This document shows, one piece after another, positions 31,195 to 45,639 of a stretch of DNA of 64,000 bases (position 1 is its first letter; each line of letters begins with the position of its first letter). The stretch is from assembly GCF_009914755.1 (NCBI RefSeq), contig NC_060931.1. The stretch is one strand, 5' to 3'. The DNA is from the human T2T-CHM13v2.0 reference genome, Homo sapiens. The position numbers and the translations under genes are program-made. A model generated the notes under the pieces. That model searched no databases. It saw nothing but the letters and a program-made list of their open reading frames with translations, and was not told the origin of the DNA.

Positions 31195-33033
31195 GACTTC
31201 TGGTTTCTGGTTCCACATGTAAGAAGCTTGGAAATTGCCACCCCATTCTAACAACACGTAAAAAGCTATACAATCAGAAAAATCAGTAACTCTTCTTGAA
31301 TCCAAAAGAGAGAGGCAGGACACACAACAAACTGCTGCCCCAAGATTGGAAAGACAGTTGGAATACCAGCAGTCACAGCTTAGCACAACTGCCTCACAAG
31401 CAGAAACCTCCAAGGCAACCCAGGCTGGAGTAAGAAACCTAACTGTAATGAACAAATTGCTGAAGGCTTAGTGTGGAAAACTCCGAGAGCTAAAAACTCC
31501 AGGGGAACGCAGTGATTTGGGGGCCCTCACAATTTTGTAAGATTTACGTCCAGGAGATTGACCAGGTTCTCACAATAAATATCAGAGAAAAATCCCTTCA
31601 TGGTTTCCATAGGAAGAGGAAAATAAACCATTCTGAAATTTGCCAAAGCATCCTGTCCTTAATAAGGCCTGCCCTCAGAAGAAACTAGTTAACCACAGCC
31701 TAACATGCTGGGTTTTTATTAAAACCTAACTAACCTGGAGGAAGAGAAACACTCAATTTCAGCCTACTGTAGCTATCCTGTCCTATCTAAAGTGGGTGGA
31801 CTTAGTAGCACACATGAAGTTCATAGTTCGGAGACATAGACTAACTAGAAGACTGACAGCTAATAATAAGTAGAGAATGCTTCCCCTTCCCACACACCTT
31901 ACCACCACATTTTTAAAGGGCTATTTACAGAAATTCCTTTTATCCAGCACATCACATCCCACTATCAATAAAATAATTACAAAGCACACCAAAAGGCAAA
32001 AAACACCATTTGAAGAGATGAGCAAGCATCAGAACCAGATATGGCAGAGATATTGGAATTAACAGACTGATAATTCAAAACAACTGTGATTAACATACTG
32101 AGGGCTATAAGGTATAAAGTAGACAGCATGTAAGAACAGATGAGCAAAGTAAGCAGAGCAATGGAAATCATAAGAAAGAACCAAAAAAGAAATACTAGAT
32201 GTCAAAAACACTGTAACAGATATGATGACTTTGATGGGTTTATTAATATGCTGGATACAAGTGGGGAAAGAATCTCTGAGTTTGAGGATATATCAATAGA
32301 AACCTCCAAAACTGAAAAGAGAACAAACACTAAATATTAAAAACAAATACAGAATATTCAAGGACTATGAAACAACTACAAAAGGTGTAACATATGCATA
32401 ATGGGATAACAGAAGAAGAAGAGAAAGGGAAAGAAGGAGGAGAAGGTGGAGGAGGAGAAGGAATATTTTAAACAATAGTGAACTGAGGATTCCCCCAAAT
32501 TAATGTCAAACAGAAAACCACAGACCCAGGAAATGTAGAGAACACCAAGCAAGATAAATACCAAAAAACAAAACAAAACAAAAAGAAACCCTACATCTAG
32601 GAATACAAAAAACTACAGAAAATCAAAAATGAAGAAAAAACTGCAGAAAATCAAAGATAAAGAAAAAATCCTGAAAGGAGCCTGAGGAGTAGGGGTGGAG
32701 ATGAAACATCTTACTTATAAAGGAAAAAAGATAAAAATTACATCTTACTTCTCCTCAAAAAGCATTTAAGTAAAAAGAAATTAAGGTAAAATATTTAAAG
32801 TGTTGAGAGGAAAAAAACTCCATAAATCTAGAATTTTGTACCCTGCAAAATTATTCCTCTAAAGTGAAAGAGAAATGAAGACTTTCTCAGATGAACAAAA
32901 ACTGAAGAAATCTGTTGCCAGTAGATCTGAAATGTTAAAACAAGTTATTTAGAAAGAAGGAAAAATAAATAGGTCAGAAACTTGTATTGATATAAAGAAA
33001 GGAAGAGCATTTAAAAAGAAATAAGTGAAGATA

Positions 33034-33318
33034 GGCCTGGCTTGGTGGCTCATGCCTGTAATCCCAGCGCTTTGGGAGGTCAAGGCGGGTGGATCACTTG
33101 AGGGCAGGAGTTCAAGACCAGCCTGGCCAACATGATGAAACCCCATCTCTACTAAAAATCCCAAAATTAGTTGGGTGTGGTGATGTGCGCCTGTAATCCC
33201 AGCTACTCGGGAGGCTGAGGCAAGAGAATCACTTGAACCTGGAAGGCAGAGATAGAGTGTAGTGAGATGAGGTCACACCAGTGCACTCCAGCCTGGGCAA
33301 CAGAATGAGACTTCATCT

Positions 33319-33353
<35 letters not shown>
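33034..33353 (+). mobile_element. AluS-type (Sx/Sz) inside the L1MC1
   Basis: Full Alu, ~34-nt A tail. Confidence 0.95.

Positions 33354-33389
<36 letters not shown>
33353..33389. repeat. (AT)n microsatellite at Alu tail
   Basis: Direct reading. Confidence 0.9.
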
Positions 33390-33401
<12 letters not shown>

Positions 33402-36128
33402 AATTTTTTTCTTACTCAATTAGTCTAACACTAAGAGGTTGTTGAAAATAATAATAGCAATAATGTGTTTGACTAGGTGTGCTTATGTAAATATTGTGGG
33501 CTGTTTGTGTGTGCATGTGTGTGTCTGTGTCTGTGTATATGCCTATGTATATTCACACATAAGTGAAATAACTGACAGCAATGATACAAAGGACAGGAGG
33601 AAGGAATTAGGATTATTTTGTTAGCCTATGAAGTAGTATAGTGTTATTAGAAAGTGGACTTGGATTAGTTGTAAATGTATATTGTAAACTCTAGGGCAAA
33701 CACTAAAAAAGTTTTTTTTAATGATATACTAAGAAAGGAGAGAAAATGGAATCATTTAAAGTACTAAACTAAAACTATAAATGGCAGAAAAAGAATGAAA
33801 GACAAAAAGGGCAACAAATAGAAAACAGGAAGAAATATGGTAGATATTAATCAAATTACATCAATAATTATTCTAAACAATGATATTCTAAATGCACCCA
33901 TTAAAAGACAGAGATTGTCAGGTTTCACCAAAAATAGACCCAAATTTATATTCTCTACAAAAAAACCCACTTTAAATATGAAGATATATATATAGAGAGA
34001 TAGATCGACAGATAGATTAGAAATAAATGAATGGAGAAAATTACACCAGTCTAACATTAATCAAAATAAAGCAGGAGTAGATGTTATAATTTTAGAGTAA
34101 ACAGGCCATAAAGAAGAACATTATATAATGATAAGGGGGTCAATTATCCAGGAAGACATAACAATCCTTAATGTGTATGTGCCTAACAGAGTATCAAACT
34201 ACATGAGGCAAAACTGATAGAACTGTAAAAATTAATAGATTACTTTTCTGTCATAATTATAGACTTTAATACTTCTCTATTAATACTCCTCTATCTACAT
34301 AAACAGCTCCAACAGGCAGAAAATCAGGAAAGACATTAATTGAAATAAATAATATCATCAATTAACTGGATATAACTAATATCTATAGATGGCTTCATCC
34401 AGCAACAAGAAAATGCACATTCTTCTGAAGCTCATATAGAACATGCACGAAGACAGACCACATTCTGGGTCATAAAACACACTTTAACAAATTTAAAAGA
34501 TTAGAAAACATACAATGTCCACTCTCAGACCACAATGGAATTAACTTGAGATCAATAAGAGAAGGATAACTGAAGAATTCCAAAATACATGGAGATTAAA
34601 AAACACACTTCTAAATAACACATACATCAAAGAAGAAATCTCAAGGTAAATTGTTTTTAAAAATCAACTAAATGAAAATTAACATATAATTTATCAAAAT
34701 CTTTGAGATGCATCAAAAGTAGTGCTTAAAGGAAAATTTATACCATTGACTGCGAATATTAGAAAGAAAGATCTAAAATCAATATTCTAAGTTTTATCTT
34801 AGGACACAAGAATAAAAAGCAAACAAAATAAATTATAAAAATTAGAGAAGAAATCAATAAAATGGAAATTGATAGTAAAAATCAACAAAACCAATAGTTG
34901 CTTCTTTAAAAAGACCAATAAAATCAATAAGTCTCTAGCCAGGCTAACTAAGAGAAAAGGAGAGAAGACATGAATTACTAATAGCAAAAATAAAAGAGGA
35001 GACATGATTACTAATCCACGGATATTAAAATGATAATAAACAAAAACTAGGGACAACACCATGCCCACAAATTTGATAAGCTAAATAAAATGGATCAATT
35101 CCTTGAAAAAGCAAAATTTGCTAAAACTCACGCAAGAAGCAATCCACAATATGAATAGGCCTGTTATCTAGTGAATAAATTTAATCAACAATTAATAACC
35201 TTCCAAAACAGAAAGCACCCACCAAGCCCAGATGGGTTCACTGGTGAATTTTCATAAACATTTAAGAAAGAAATTATATCAATTATCTGCAGTCTCTCTC
35301 TCAAAGGATAGAAGTAGAAAGAGTAGTTCCTAAATCATTCTAGAAGGCCAAAATCACCATAATACCAAAACTAGACAATGACAATATAAGAAAAGAAAAC
35401 TGCAGACCAGTGTCTCTCATGAACACAGATGTAAAAATCCTCAAAAAAGTATTAGCAAATGAATCATACAATGTATAAAGAGAATTATACCTCATGACCA
35501 ATTAGGACTTATCCAAGATATGCAAGACCGGTTTAACATATGAATATCAATTAATGTAATTTATCACATCAATAGGCTAAAAATGAAAGTCACATAATCA
35601 TATAAATAGATACAAGAAAAGCATTTCACAAAATTCAATATCCACTCATGATAAAAACTTTCAGTACACTAGGAATAGAGGGAAACTTTCTCAACTTGAT
35701 ACAGATATTTACCAAAAAACAAATAGAACCCTATATAGCTAACATACTTTATGGTGAGAAACTAGAAGCATTTCTGCTAAGATCAGGAACCAGAGAAGAT
35801 GCTATCCCCTTTCAACGTTGTACTAGAAGTACTAGCTAATGTGATAAGACAAAAAAAGGAATTAAAAAGTATACCAAATGGGAAGGAAGAAATAAAATAG
35901 GGCTTGTTGACAGATAACATGATTGTTTATGCAAAAAATCCAAAATAATTAACAAAAAAACACTGTGAAATGAATCAGCAATTATAACAAGGTTTCAGTA
36001 TACAAGATTAATTTGCAAAAGTCAATCACTTTCCTATATAGCAAAAATAAACAAGTGAAATTTGAAATTAAAAACACAATATTATTTATATTAACACCCC
36101 CAAAATGAAAAACTTAGGTATAAATTAT

Positions 36129-36167
36129 ATGTGTATATGTGTGTTTGCGTGTGTGTGTGTGTGTGTA
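36129..36167. repeat. (TG)n microsatellite
   Basis: Direct reading. Confidence 0.85.
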
Positions 36168-38021
36168 TGAGGAAAACTATAAAAACTCTTATAAAAAAAT
36201 AAAAAAAAACTAAATAGGTAGTCCATCTTCATAAAGAGGAAAACAAAATATTGTCAAGATGTCAGTTCTTTCCAACTTGATACATAGATTCAATGTAATC
36301 CCAATCAAAATCTCAGAAAGTTATTCTTTAGATATTGACAAAGTAATTCTTATGTTTATGTAGGGAGGCAAAAGATCCAGAACAGTCAACACAATATTGA
36401 AGGAGAAGAACAAAGTTGGAGAATTGAAACTACCCAAATTCAATACTCACAATGAGCTATGGTAATCAAGACAGTGTGACAGTGGCAAAAGAACAGGTCA
36501 ATAGATCAGTAGAACAAAACAGAGAGCCCAGAAACAAACCCACATAAATATAGTTCACTGACCTTCGACAAAGAGTGAAGGCAATACAGGGAGCAAAGAC
36601 AGCCTTTTCAACAAATGGTGCTGGAACAACTAGACATCCACATACAAAAAAAATTAATCTAGACACAGACATTTTACCCTTCACAAAAAGGAATTAAAAA
36701 TAGATCACAGACCAAAATGTAAAATGCAAAATTACAAAACTCTTAGAAGACTAGGTAGGAGAAAATATACATGACCTTGGGTACAGTCATGACTACATAC
36801 AAAACCAAAGACATAATTCATGAAATAAATAATTTGTAAGTTAGACTTTATTAAAATTAAAAATTATGCTCTGTGAAAGACAATGCCAAGAAAATAAAAA
36901 AGATGAGCCACAACGTAAGAGAAAATATTTGTAAAAGATACATCTGATAAAGTAGTGTTATCTAAAATATACAAAAAAAAAAACCCTCTTAAAACTCAAC
37001 AATAAGAAAACAACCCAATGGAAAAAAAAAATGGGCCAAAGATCTTGACTCAGAAATCAAAAAGATATACAGATGGCAAATAAGTATATGAAAAGATGTT
37101 CTGCACCATATAATATTAGAGAAATTCAAATTAAAACAAGATACCACTACACACCTGCCAGAATAGCCCATATCTAGAACACTGACAACACCAAAGATTG
37201 GCAAGAATGTGAAGGAACAGGAACTCTCATTCATTGCTGTGGGGAATGCAAAATGTTACAGTCACCTTAGAAGACAGTTCTGCAGTTTTTTAGAAAAACC
37301 AAACATACTTTTATCATATGACCCATTAATTATATTCCTTGGTATTTACCCAGAGTAGTTGAAAACTTATGTCCATGCAAAAACATGCACATAAATGTTT
37401 ATAGCAGTTTTATTCATAATTGCCAAAACCTGGAAGCAACCAAGATGTCCTTCCATAGCAGAATGGATAAACTATGGTACACTCAAACAATGAAACATTA
37501 TTCAGAGTTAAAAGAAATAAGTTGTCAAGCCTTGAAAAAAATGGAGGGAACTTACATGCCTTTTAACTGAAAGAAGACAATCTGAAAATGCTACATACTG
37601 TATAATTCCAATTACATGACATTGTGGAAAAGGCAAAACTATGGATACAGTAAAAATATCTGGTTGGAAGAGGTTAAGTGGGAGGAAAGGATAAACAGGT
37701 AGAGAAGAGAAAATTTCAGGGCAGTGAAAATCCTCTGTATGATACTATAATGGTAGATACATGTCATTACACATTTGTCCAAACCCATAAAATGTATACC
37801 ACCAAGAGCGAACCCTAATATAAACCATGGACTTTGGACAATTATGATCTGTCAACATAGGTTTGTCAATTGTAACAAATGACCACTGTGATGGGGGACG
37901 TTGATAACGAGGGAGGCTGTACATGTGCAGGGGCAGGGAGTATATGGGAAATGTCTGCACCTTTCTCTCATTTTTTTGTGATCCTAAAATTACTCTAAAA
38001 AAGTAAAGTCTTTACAAATTT

Positions 38022-38170
38022 ATTAAAACTAAGTGAATTGAGAACAATTCATTCATTAGTCACATGTTTCAAGGGTTTAATAGCCACATGTGGCTTATGA
38101 CTACCATATTGGACAATGCAGATTATACAGTATTTCCCTTATCACAGACAGTTCCATTGAACAGTACTGC
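38022..38170 (-). mobile_element. MER3 (hAT-Charlie MITE), right part
   Basis: AATAGCCACATGTGGCTTATGACTACCATATTGGACAATGCAGAT...ATCACAGACAGTTCCATTGAACAG continues the MER3 broken at 31194. Confidence 0.8.
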
Positions 38171-38751
38171 TCTAGTCCTTACTACATTTCAGATGAAAAA
38201 ACAAAAGCCCAGAGTCACATAACAAAACCTCTCTTGATGTGCTTTCTCATCCTGCTCTCGTCACCACACCACACTGTCCCCAAATAAGTTTTATGTGAGC
38301 AAAAACTTTGGTAAACAATTATAGGAAAAACTGCCAGAAATGCATTTCCTGTTTATGACATACCAAAGTGAGTGAGAAATAACACTTTTATAATTTTATC
38401 ATAAATTATAGGATTGATGGCAAAGGTAGTATTCACCGGCTAAAATAGCATGTTTCTCATTAAACTGCTTCATAATCTTAAAAAAAGGGCTATGAAACAT
38501 TAATGAATTTTTTTCCCTAAATACATACACCTGTAAGAATTTACCTCTTATTTTTAAGTGGTAACAATTTAATACTGAATGCTTTACAAATATCCATGTT
38601 GTGATAAAATAAAGTGATTCATTTAATTATACTGAAATAATAAAGTTAAAAATTAAAACTATCAATGTATTTTGTATATGAGAAAATAATTCTCAAATTG
38701 TTTTAAACTGTAATTCTCACAGTGCTTGGATCCTCAAAATACCTTCATGTG

Positions 38752-39105
38752 CAGATGCTCCTCATTTTACAATGGGTTTACATCTAGATAAACCAATTGT
38801 AAGTTGAAAATATTCTAAGTCAAAATATATTTAATACACCTAACCTACTGAATACCAGAGCTCAGCCTCATCTACCTTAAACATGCTCAGAAGCCTTACA
38901 TTAGCCTACAGTTGGGCAAAATCATCTATCATAGAGCGCATTTTATGACAAGCATTTAATGTCTCATTGAATACTATATTGGAAGCGCAAAACAGAATGG
39001 TTACATTGATACTTAAGGTAAGATTTCTACTGAATGCATATTGCTGCTGCACCATCACAAAATCAAAAAATCATACATGGAACCGTCGTAAGTCAGGACC
39101 ATCTG
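38752..39105 (+). mobile_element. MER47A (TcMar-Tigger MITE)
   Basis: Terminal inverted repeats CAGATGCTCCTC...GGACCATCTG, TA at right flank, ~355 bp, internal TTTAATACACCTAACCTAC. Confidence 0.85.
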
Positions 39106-39984
39106 TAATTAGTAATTTTTTCTCTATACCTAAATCTACATATTTTCATCTGGTTCTAAAACTTCATGTAAACAACTGCAAACATATAGGTCAAGACATT
39201 ATGATTGAGACCAAAAAGGTTTTTTCTCTTTACTTATTTAATGTTAACATGGAGGATCATGTGAGTGCCTATTTTCCCTGTAGTAATTATAGCTGATTTT
39301 AAATAACACTACATAGGAGCTTTGCAGTAATACTGGTACTACTGCATTGTAATTCATATTAGTTTACCAGCAAGGATTAAAAATGATTTAGTGATTAAAC
39401 TTTCCTTACAATGTTCTCCTGAAAAAAAAAATGCTAAATTCTGGTTCACAGGTGGGAAAGATGAAGCGCAACGCTGTGATTATCTAAGGGCTTGTTTAAA
39501 ATACCAGAACATGCAGCAACTTGAGAGTCAGGAAATCTGGATCCAATGGCTCACAAATGACCACAAGCCATGTAAGACTCTTGGGCCTTAATTTTCACAG
39601 GTATAAAATCAGTGTTATAGCTAAAGGACTCTGACAGATGTAACATCTTATGAATACACCTCGCATATATGTGAATACGTTCATCTCCTAGGATATAAAC
39701 CAGAGGGCTGGATTGCATGGAGTAGCTTGGGTGTGGGGTTAAGTCCCGACATGATTATAACATTTGAAGATGCAGAATCTTTCATTTTAACCCTCCCTTT
39801 CCATCCTTTTCCACCATTCAGGGTATCTCCTGAGAGAGATTGAAGAAACTTAGATTTTATCTCTTACCCTTTACTGTAGACATTTCAGTTATTTTAAGTT
39901 TGTTTCCTTCTTTGCTTCTGTATCATCCAAGTTTTTATTGTTTTTTTTGTTTTAGTTGCCTTCCTTTCTCTTAGGGGCTTTTTC

Positions 39985-40085
39985 TGAACCGTGTAGTGAT
40001 CCTCAGCTGTGATCTTACGTGGTAGGCGTAGCATGAAAAACTGATCAAGAAGCAGAGGCTGCACATGGGTGCACGTCAGTGGGGG
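39985..40085. promoter_or_regulatory. Candidate HRE/CRE/E-box cluster
   Basis: CAGCTG 40004-40009, TACGTG 40016-40021, CACATG 40062-40067, CACGTCA 40072-40078. Confidence 0.3.
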
Positions 40086-40428
40086 CTCTGACTGGCCTGG
40101 TTCATGGGGGACCCCAAGTGTAACATCTGCAGACTCTTTCTCTTGGAATACACAATTTCTCCATAGAATTGTTTTCCAAACTATTCCCAAGACAATTATT
40201 TTCTGAAAAAAACTGCCCCCTCCCGATGAGGGAAAAGGCCTGAGGGGAGTTTTCTCCTCTTTGCCTCTGCTACTGACCTGTGAAAACCAAAAGGAAAGAT
40301 GGTCCCACAAACAAATGGATCTCACCCAATTAAGTTCCAGATAAGAGTTTCTGGACCTTATTTTGGTCCCCAGAAATGGTAAAAAAAAAATAAAAATAAA
40401 AATAAAAAAATGAGTTGAGGCTTCATAA

Positions 40429-40819
<391 letters not shown>

Positions 40820-40926
40820 CCTCCAGTTCTTGAACCCATATTACCTCTCTTTCATTTCCCCCTTGATGTGTTTATTTTCCATGTGTTTTGTTCCTCAATG
40901 CAATTTGAAGGACATGATCCCCAGAC

Positions 40927-41113
40927 CAGTGGTTCTCAAACTTCAGTGAGCATGAGCATCACTTGGAGGGTGCAGAAGCATAGAGCGTTGCGCCCTGCCA
41001 TCAGAGATTCTGATTCAGTAGGTCTGAGATGGAGTCTGAAAATGGCATTTCTAATAAGCTCTCCTCGGATGATGTACATGCTGCTGATACAGAGACCATA
41101 CTCTGAGAACAAT
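40927..41113. mobile_element. MER5A (hAT-Charlie MITE)
   Basis: CAGTGGTTCTCAAACTT...GATTCTGATTCAGTAGGTCTG...CTCTGAGAAC. Confidence 0.85.
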
Positions 41114-42339
41114 AGACAGAGAGTCTATATTCATCGAAAGAGCATCAGGCATAGAAGTAGCAAATGACTTCAAGCTATAGTCCTGGTGGGAAGAGAGCTT
41201 CTAATATCGTTTCTCCTTGGTTGGGTTAACATTTGTTGAAAGCTTTATTCAGTTATGATTTAAGGCAATACTTACTTTAATACTGAGTGCTAATTTTCAT
41301 TTTCTTACATTTAACTTTTTATTCATTCAACATGCCTTTTAGTGAATGATAAGATTAGAGATAGGAGTATGCTGTTTAGTAAAAGAAAATAGCATGGGAA
41401 AGGCAGAATATGGGAAACAATGAGGGGTTTTCAGGATGCGTAAGTTCCCAATTTGTTGAATAATACACACCACACACACACACACGTTCACATACACATC
41501 CTGCTGGTTCTATTTCTCTGGGGAACACTAATATAGTAATAGAAAAAAATTGTGTATATGTGTGTATGATAGCACATGTATGAAGAGCTAGCATATGTGT
41601 GGACATACATACATATGCATTAACTCTTACATATATGCTAATTATTCACATATGTGTTAGGTAACATATATGTATATATGTATATTTACATATATTAATA
41701 TGTATAATGTGTATAAAGCACAATGGTTTGAATTAGCATTTTAATAACAGCAGACGTTTGAATAAAGAGTTACAGGAAAAGAATTCAAGCTTAAGTGACA
41801 TGGAGGAAATGGCATGATGAGCAAAAATAGCAAAATCAAAAGAAGTACTTATTTGGGAATAGGAGACAAGGTAGTACAACGAATTCAGGTTTATTTTGGA
41901 ACATGTTACATTTGATTTACTAAATGGATCCCCAGGAAGGAAATTTAGGTAGTCAGAAGTGAAAGATTAGTAATGCATAATAAAATAATTGGGGAGGAAA
42001 GCAACATCTAAATTCCAAAATAACTGGAGTAAAACTGCCAAGATTTTTAAGGCATAAATATGTATATTTCTATTAACACAATATTAAAGAAAGACTAAAA
42101 TTTTAATGGAATGGGTAGAGCAAATTCTGCATTTTAACAGTAATTTAGTAATTTCTGCCAGTGCTTCTATTAAAGCATAGGCAATATGTGTTATGAATTT
42201 ATAATATATTACTTATATTTTTCATTTTTCTAATGCTTAAGATGAATTGCTACTTCATAAAAGTGAGCTCATATGTCAGGTGTCAAGTATTATTAAGTAG
42301 AATAGTATTAATGCTGAACTACCAAAGAAGCAAAAAATT

Positions 42340-42560
42340 ATGGTCATACATACCTATATACAGTTTATTACAGTGATCATCCATTATATGTCAGACTCTG
42401 TGGTATTTCCTCTAGTTCTTCCTCAGGATATACCTGCTGGGTAAGTATTTCTTCCCTAATCTATAGATGAAGCTCTAACTAATTCCCTCGAGCACAAACA
42501 GCTAGTAAGGATCCAGTTTGATCTGAACCCAAACTCTATGTGGTTTTGACAACACTTAGG
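42340..42560 (-). mobile_element. MIR remnant
   Basis: TATAGATGAAG...ACAGCTAGTAAG...TGAACCCAAAC. Confidence 0.5.
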
Positions 42561-44814
42561 TGTGTGGAATAGTTAACAGAAAAGATTGTTTTTCACCCCG
42601 AAGCTTATCAAAATTAAGCATTTCTATTGGTTAGAAATGCCTCAAGAGCATTCTGTGGCTAAGGGTTTTGTATTCTTTTTGGGTTCTGCTCAATCACAGA
42701 GGAAGTTGTAATAAAAGTTCTCTCATGGAAAGACACTTAATTTTACTTCAGCTACTGTCTCCTCCCACTCGCCATAAAAAGTTTATGTACCACAGACCAT
42801 AAAGAATACAACCGAAGACAGAGACTCACAGAACAGGGTTGATGTAATCTGTGCTTTGCAAACACTCTTCCTATACGCCATTTGTGGAAAAGCACAATAA
42901 CTTTTCAGACATCTGTTTTTGAGGTTACAAAATCCGAAAACATCTACAGACTTCAAATAACTTTGTAAAATTTAACGGAATCTGCCATATTGGAAACTAA
43001 TACCAGTCAAAATATATTATCTTAAAGCAACCTTTTCTTCTTCCATATATTATTTGGACAATTATTCCATTATCCATTTGTCTAGCACTGAGTATATTTA
43101 CTGTACCTGGGGATGCTCCTTAGAGCTAAAATAACATTACAAATTGAGCAAGATTGCATACTTGTCCTTTCACATGTTCAAGCTTTGACAAAAACCAGGA
43201 CAAAAGTCTTTGAAGATAGTCCAGAATCTTGTAACAGAAAGGGATGTGTCAGAAATTCAGCTTCCCGAGGTGGTGGAGCTCCAGAAGCTCCTGGAGCTCT
43301 GTGCTAAGTTACAAATTGGCTAAGGGGTAGGGCAGGCAAGCGACTGCTTACAAAAAGCACTATAAAAGGTAACTGGAAGCTGACCCCCAACCAAGAACCT
43401 AATCTGTTCCTGCTCAGTGGTTTCTCATAGGTCAGTCTATTTTTTCCTCTAGATGAAATATCATAAATTTCACCTACTTTCTTGGGAAAACCATCCCATA
43501 CCTCATAATTACCAAAAGAAAAAACTTACAAAAACAAAGCACAAATATATGCTTTAAAAATACTTACTAAGTAAGTAAATCAAGTAGAATATAAAACCAC
43601 TTTGTAAATGCCCTTTATGGTGGATGATACAAAAGCAGAAATAGCAAACCTACTTAGAAGGCAAGCCCAGTGAAATTAGGAGTGTATATTCTTTCAGTGT
43701 CAACCTTTAAGAATACAGACATTTCTCTTTGCACCAGGATCGAAATTAGGTTTATTATAAATTTGCTATGTATTAAAAACTTTGAAAGCTTTTGAATTGG
43801 TAAATGCCAGAGACAGGCTTGCTCTTAAGGTCTGCAGGGCCTGAGACCTGCATGTTGCCTGTGAGACTATTTTAAAGCTATTAATCAAGCTGGCGTTGTG
43901 GCCCTGCCTGGTTCTCACTAGGCCTCTTGAAGCCTATTTCTGTACTAACCCTTGAAGTTGATGCTCAAGAGGTATTGCTCTCCCCTGGGCTGCACCACTC
44001 CCTGAAAACTTGATTAGCAACCTGGATCTGCTGGCACAGGCCAAGGCAAAGACCAGTCCAGTGCCCAGAATGCCCAGCTCTCACTGCAGTTGCCAGAACT
44101 CAGAATGGGACTGACCCACTCAGGCTCCCTAGAGAGCCACAGGGGCAGAGTCTCCTCCCACTCTCCTCACCTTTCCAACTCAAGATTTCTAGGCCATTCT
44201 AATCACATCCAAAGTTAAACCACCCCCTGCACAGGGAGAGGTGGAATTCAGTTATGAAAAATCTAGTCTGACTAAACCTCACTTTGGGTGATGTGGGGGC
44301 AGTCAGCCTAAAACAAAAGCAGATCCTTTCCCTTGTCCTCCAGGGCAGAGGGTGTGATTTTCTCCCCTTCTCTGCTCACCCTTCTCTCTACTCCCCCTGT
44401 GCACGTGTGCGTACACACACAGGCATACAGATTTCTCTCAGCTCTACATCCTCTATCTAGAGGTCGAGATTTGGTTTCAAACATTCTTCCCAAATAATTC
44501 TGTTTACACAACCAGTTATCAGACTTTCAAAAATTTTCCTTAAAAAATCAAAAAGAAAAAAGTCATTGTATTTTCGTGTTTGGGATATGCATTGCTCCTC
44601 TGAAGGCTGGACAGATTCTAGGAGATTCCCTTTGCTTATATTTTAATATTATCTTCATTAATTTTCTCTAGTGAAAGCAAGTCTGGCAATTCAATCACAT
44701 CTGCAAGAGAGACATATAATTGACTAACTGTCATTTCAAATGCAGTTGTATTGTTTCTCATGCAGTATTTGTTCTAAAGCCTTTCAAATCTTTTTTTTTA
44801 AGTTTTAGAGTATC

Positions 44815-44931
44815 TTTTTTATGTTTTATTTTATTGGGATAAGAAGACAACATAAGATCTACCATCTTAGCAAATTTTTAAGTGTACAATACAGTCTTGT
44901 TGACTATAGGTGCAATGCTGTAGAGCAGATC
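44815..44931 (-). mobile_element. L1MA (MA9/MA10-like) 3' terminal fragment
   Basis: AACATAAGATCTACCATCTTAGCAAATTTTTAAGTGTACAATACAG...GCAGATCT. Confidence 0.75.
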
Positions 44932-44994
44932 TGAGAGAAAGGCAGAGCATCTTATTACCTCTTTATGGTTAGATTGAGCTTTGGAAAGAACAGA

Positions 44995-45463
44995 ATGTGC
45001 CACTCAGAGTTCCCCTTTCCAGTAGAGATTCACCCCTCTCCATTTCATGCAGTTCTCTTGGGACGGTCAGTCGTGGAGCTTTACCTGGGCACTGGCACCT
45101 GGGATGGGAATGTGACCAAGGATTGGACAACCTGAGTATTTCATGCCCTGGTAGCATGATTGGTTCATGACAAACTAAGTTAATCTGACAGAGATACTGA
45201 GAAAAGTTATGTTCTCTTCCTCAAGAATCAAATGTATGTAGAATTAGGGCTGTCAGCTGCCATCTTGTTGACTTGTGGAAAAAACCTTTCTGAAATTGAA
45301 GCCAAAGAGAAGCAGGGAGAGATGAGAGATAAAGTTCTAACGACAATGTTTAGATTTCTGAATCCAGCTATGTCCATTTGCAAAGGTCAATAAATTCTTT
45401 GATTTGGCTTAAATTAGTGTGAATTGGATTTGTGTCACTTGCAAAAAAAGTGACTGGAAAATA
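44995..45463 (+). mobile_element. Old MaLR LTR (MLT1J/K/L-like)
   Basis: GGGAATGTGACCAAG...TGATTGGTTCA...GCTGCCATCTTG...CAATAAATTC...TGTCACTTGCAA. Confidence 0.7.
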
Positions 45464-45639
45464 GCATTTCATTCTGAAAGCAACAGTTCCATCTGATGCC
45501 TGGCAAATCCACACAGATGTCTCATAAGTACAACATCTTAAAAAATAAACTTGTTTTCCTCTCCCATATTCCATGTCACCAACAAACAAACAAAAAACAA
45601 AAAACACTCCCACTGACATTTTGCTTACGTAAGTACTGC

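Larger units (their letters stand above)
31195..38021 (+). mobile_element. Apparently full-length L1MC1 (L1MCa 5' end, degraded ORF1 and ORF2, L1MC1 3' end)
   Basis: 5' end GACTTCTGGTTTCTGGTTCCACATGTAAGAAGCTTGG; ORF1 remnants ~32000-32950; ORF2 remnants ~33850-37500; L1MC1-type 3' UTR; TSD ATTAAAACT at 31186-31194 and 38022-38030. Confidence 0.88.

Noticed and set aside
39894-40325. 143-aa minus-strand ORF
   Set aside because: Non-ATG start, low-complexity Lys-rich end from a T-rich tract, no recognisable homology
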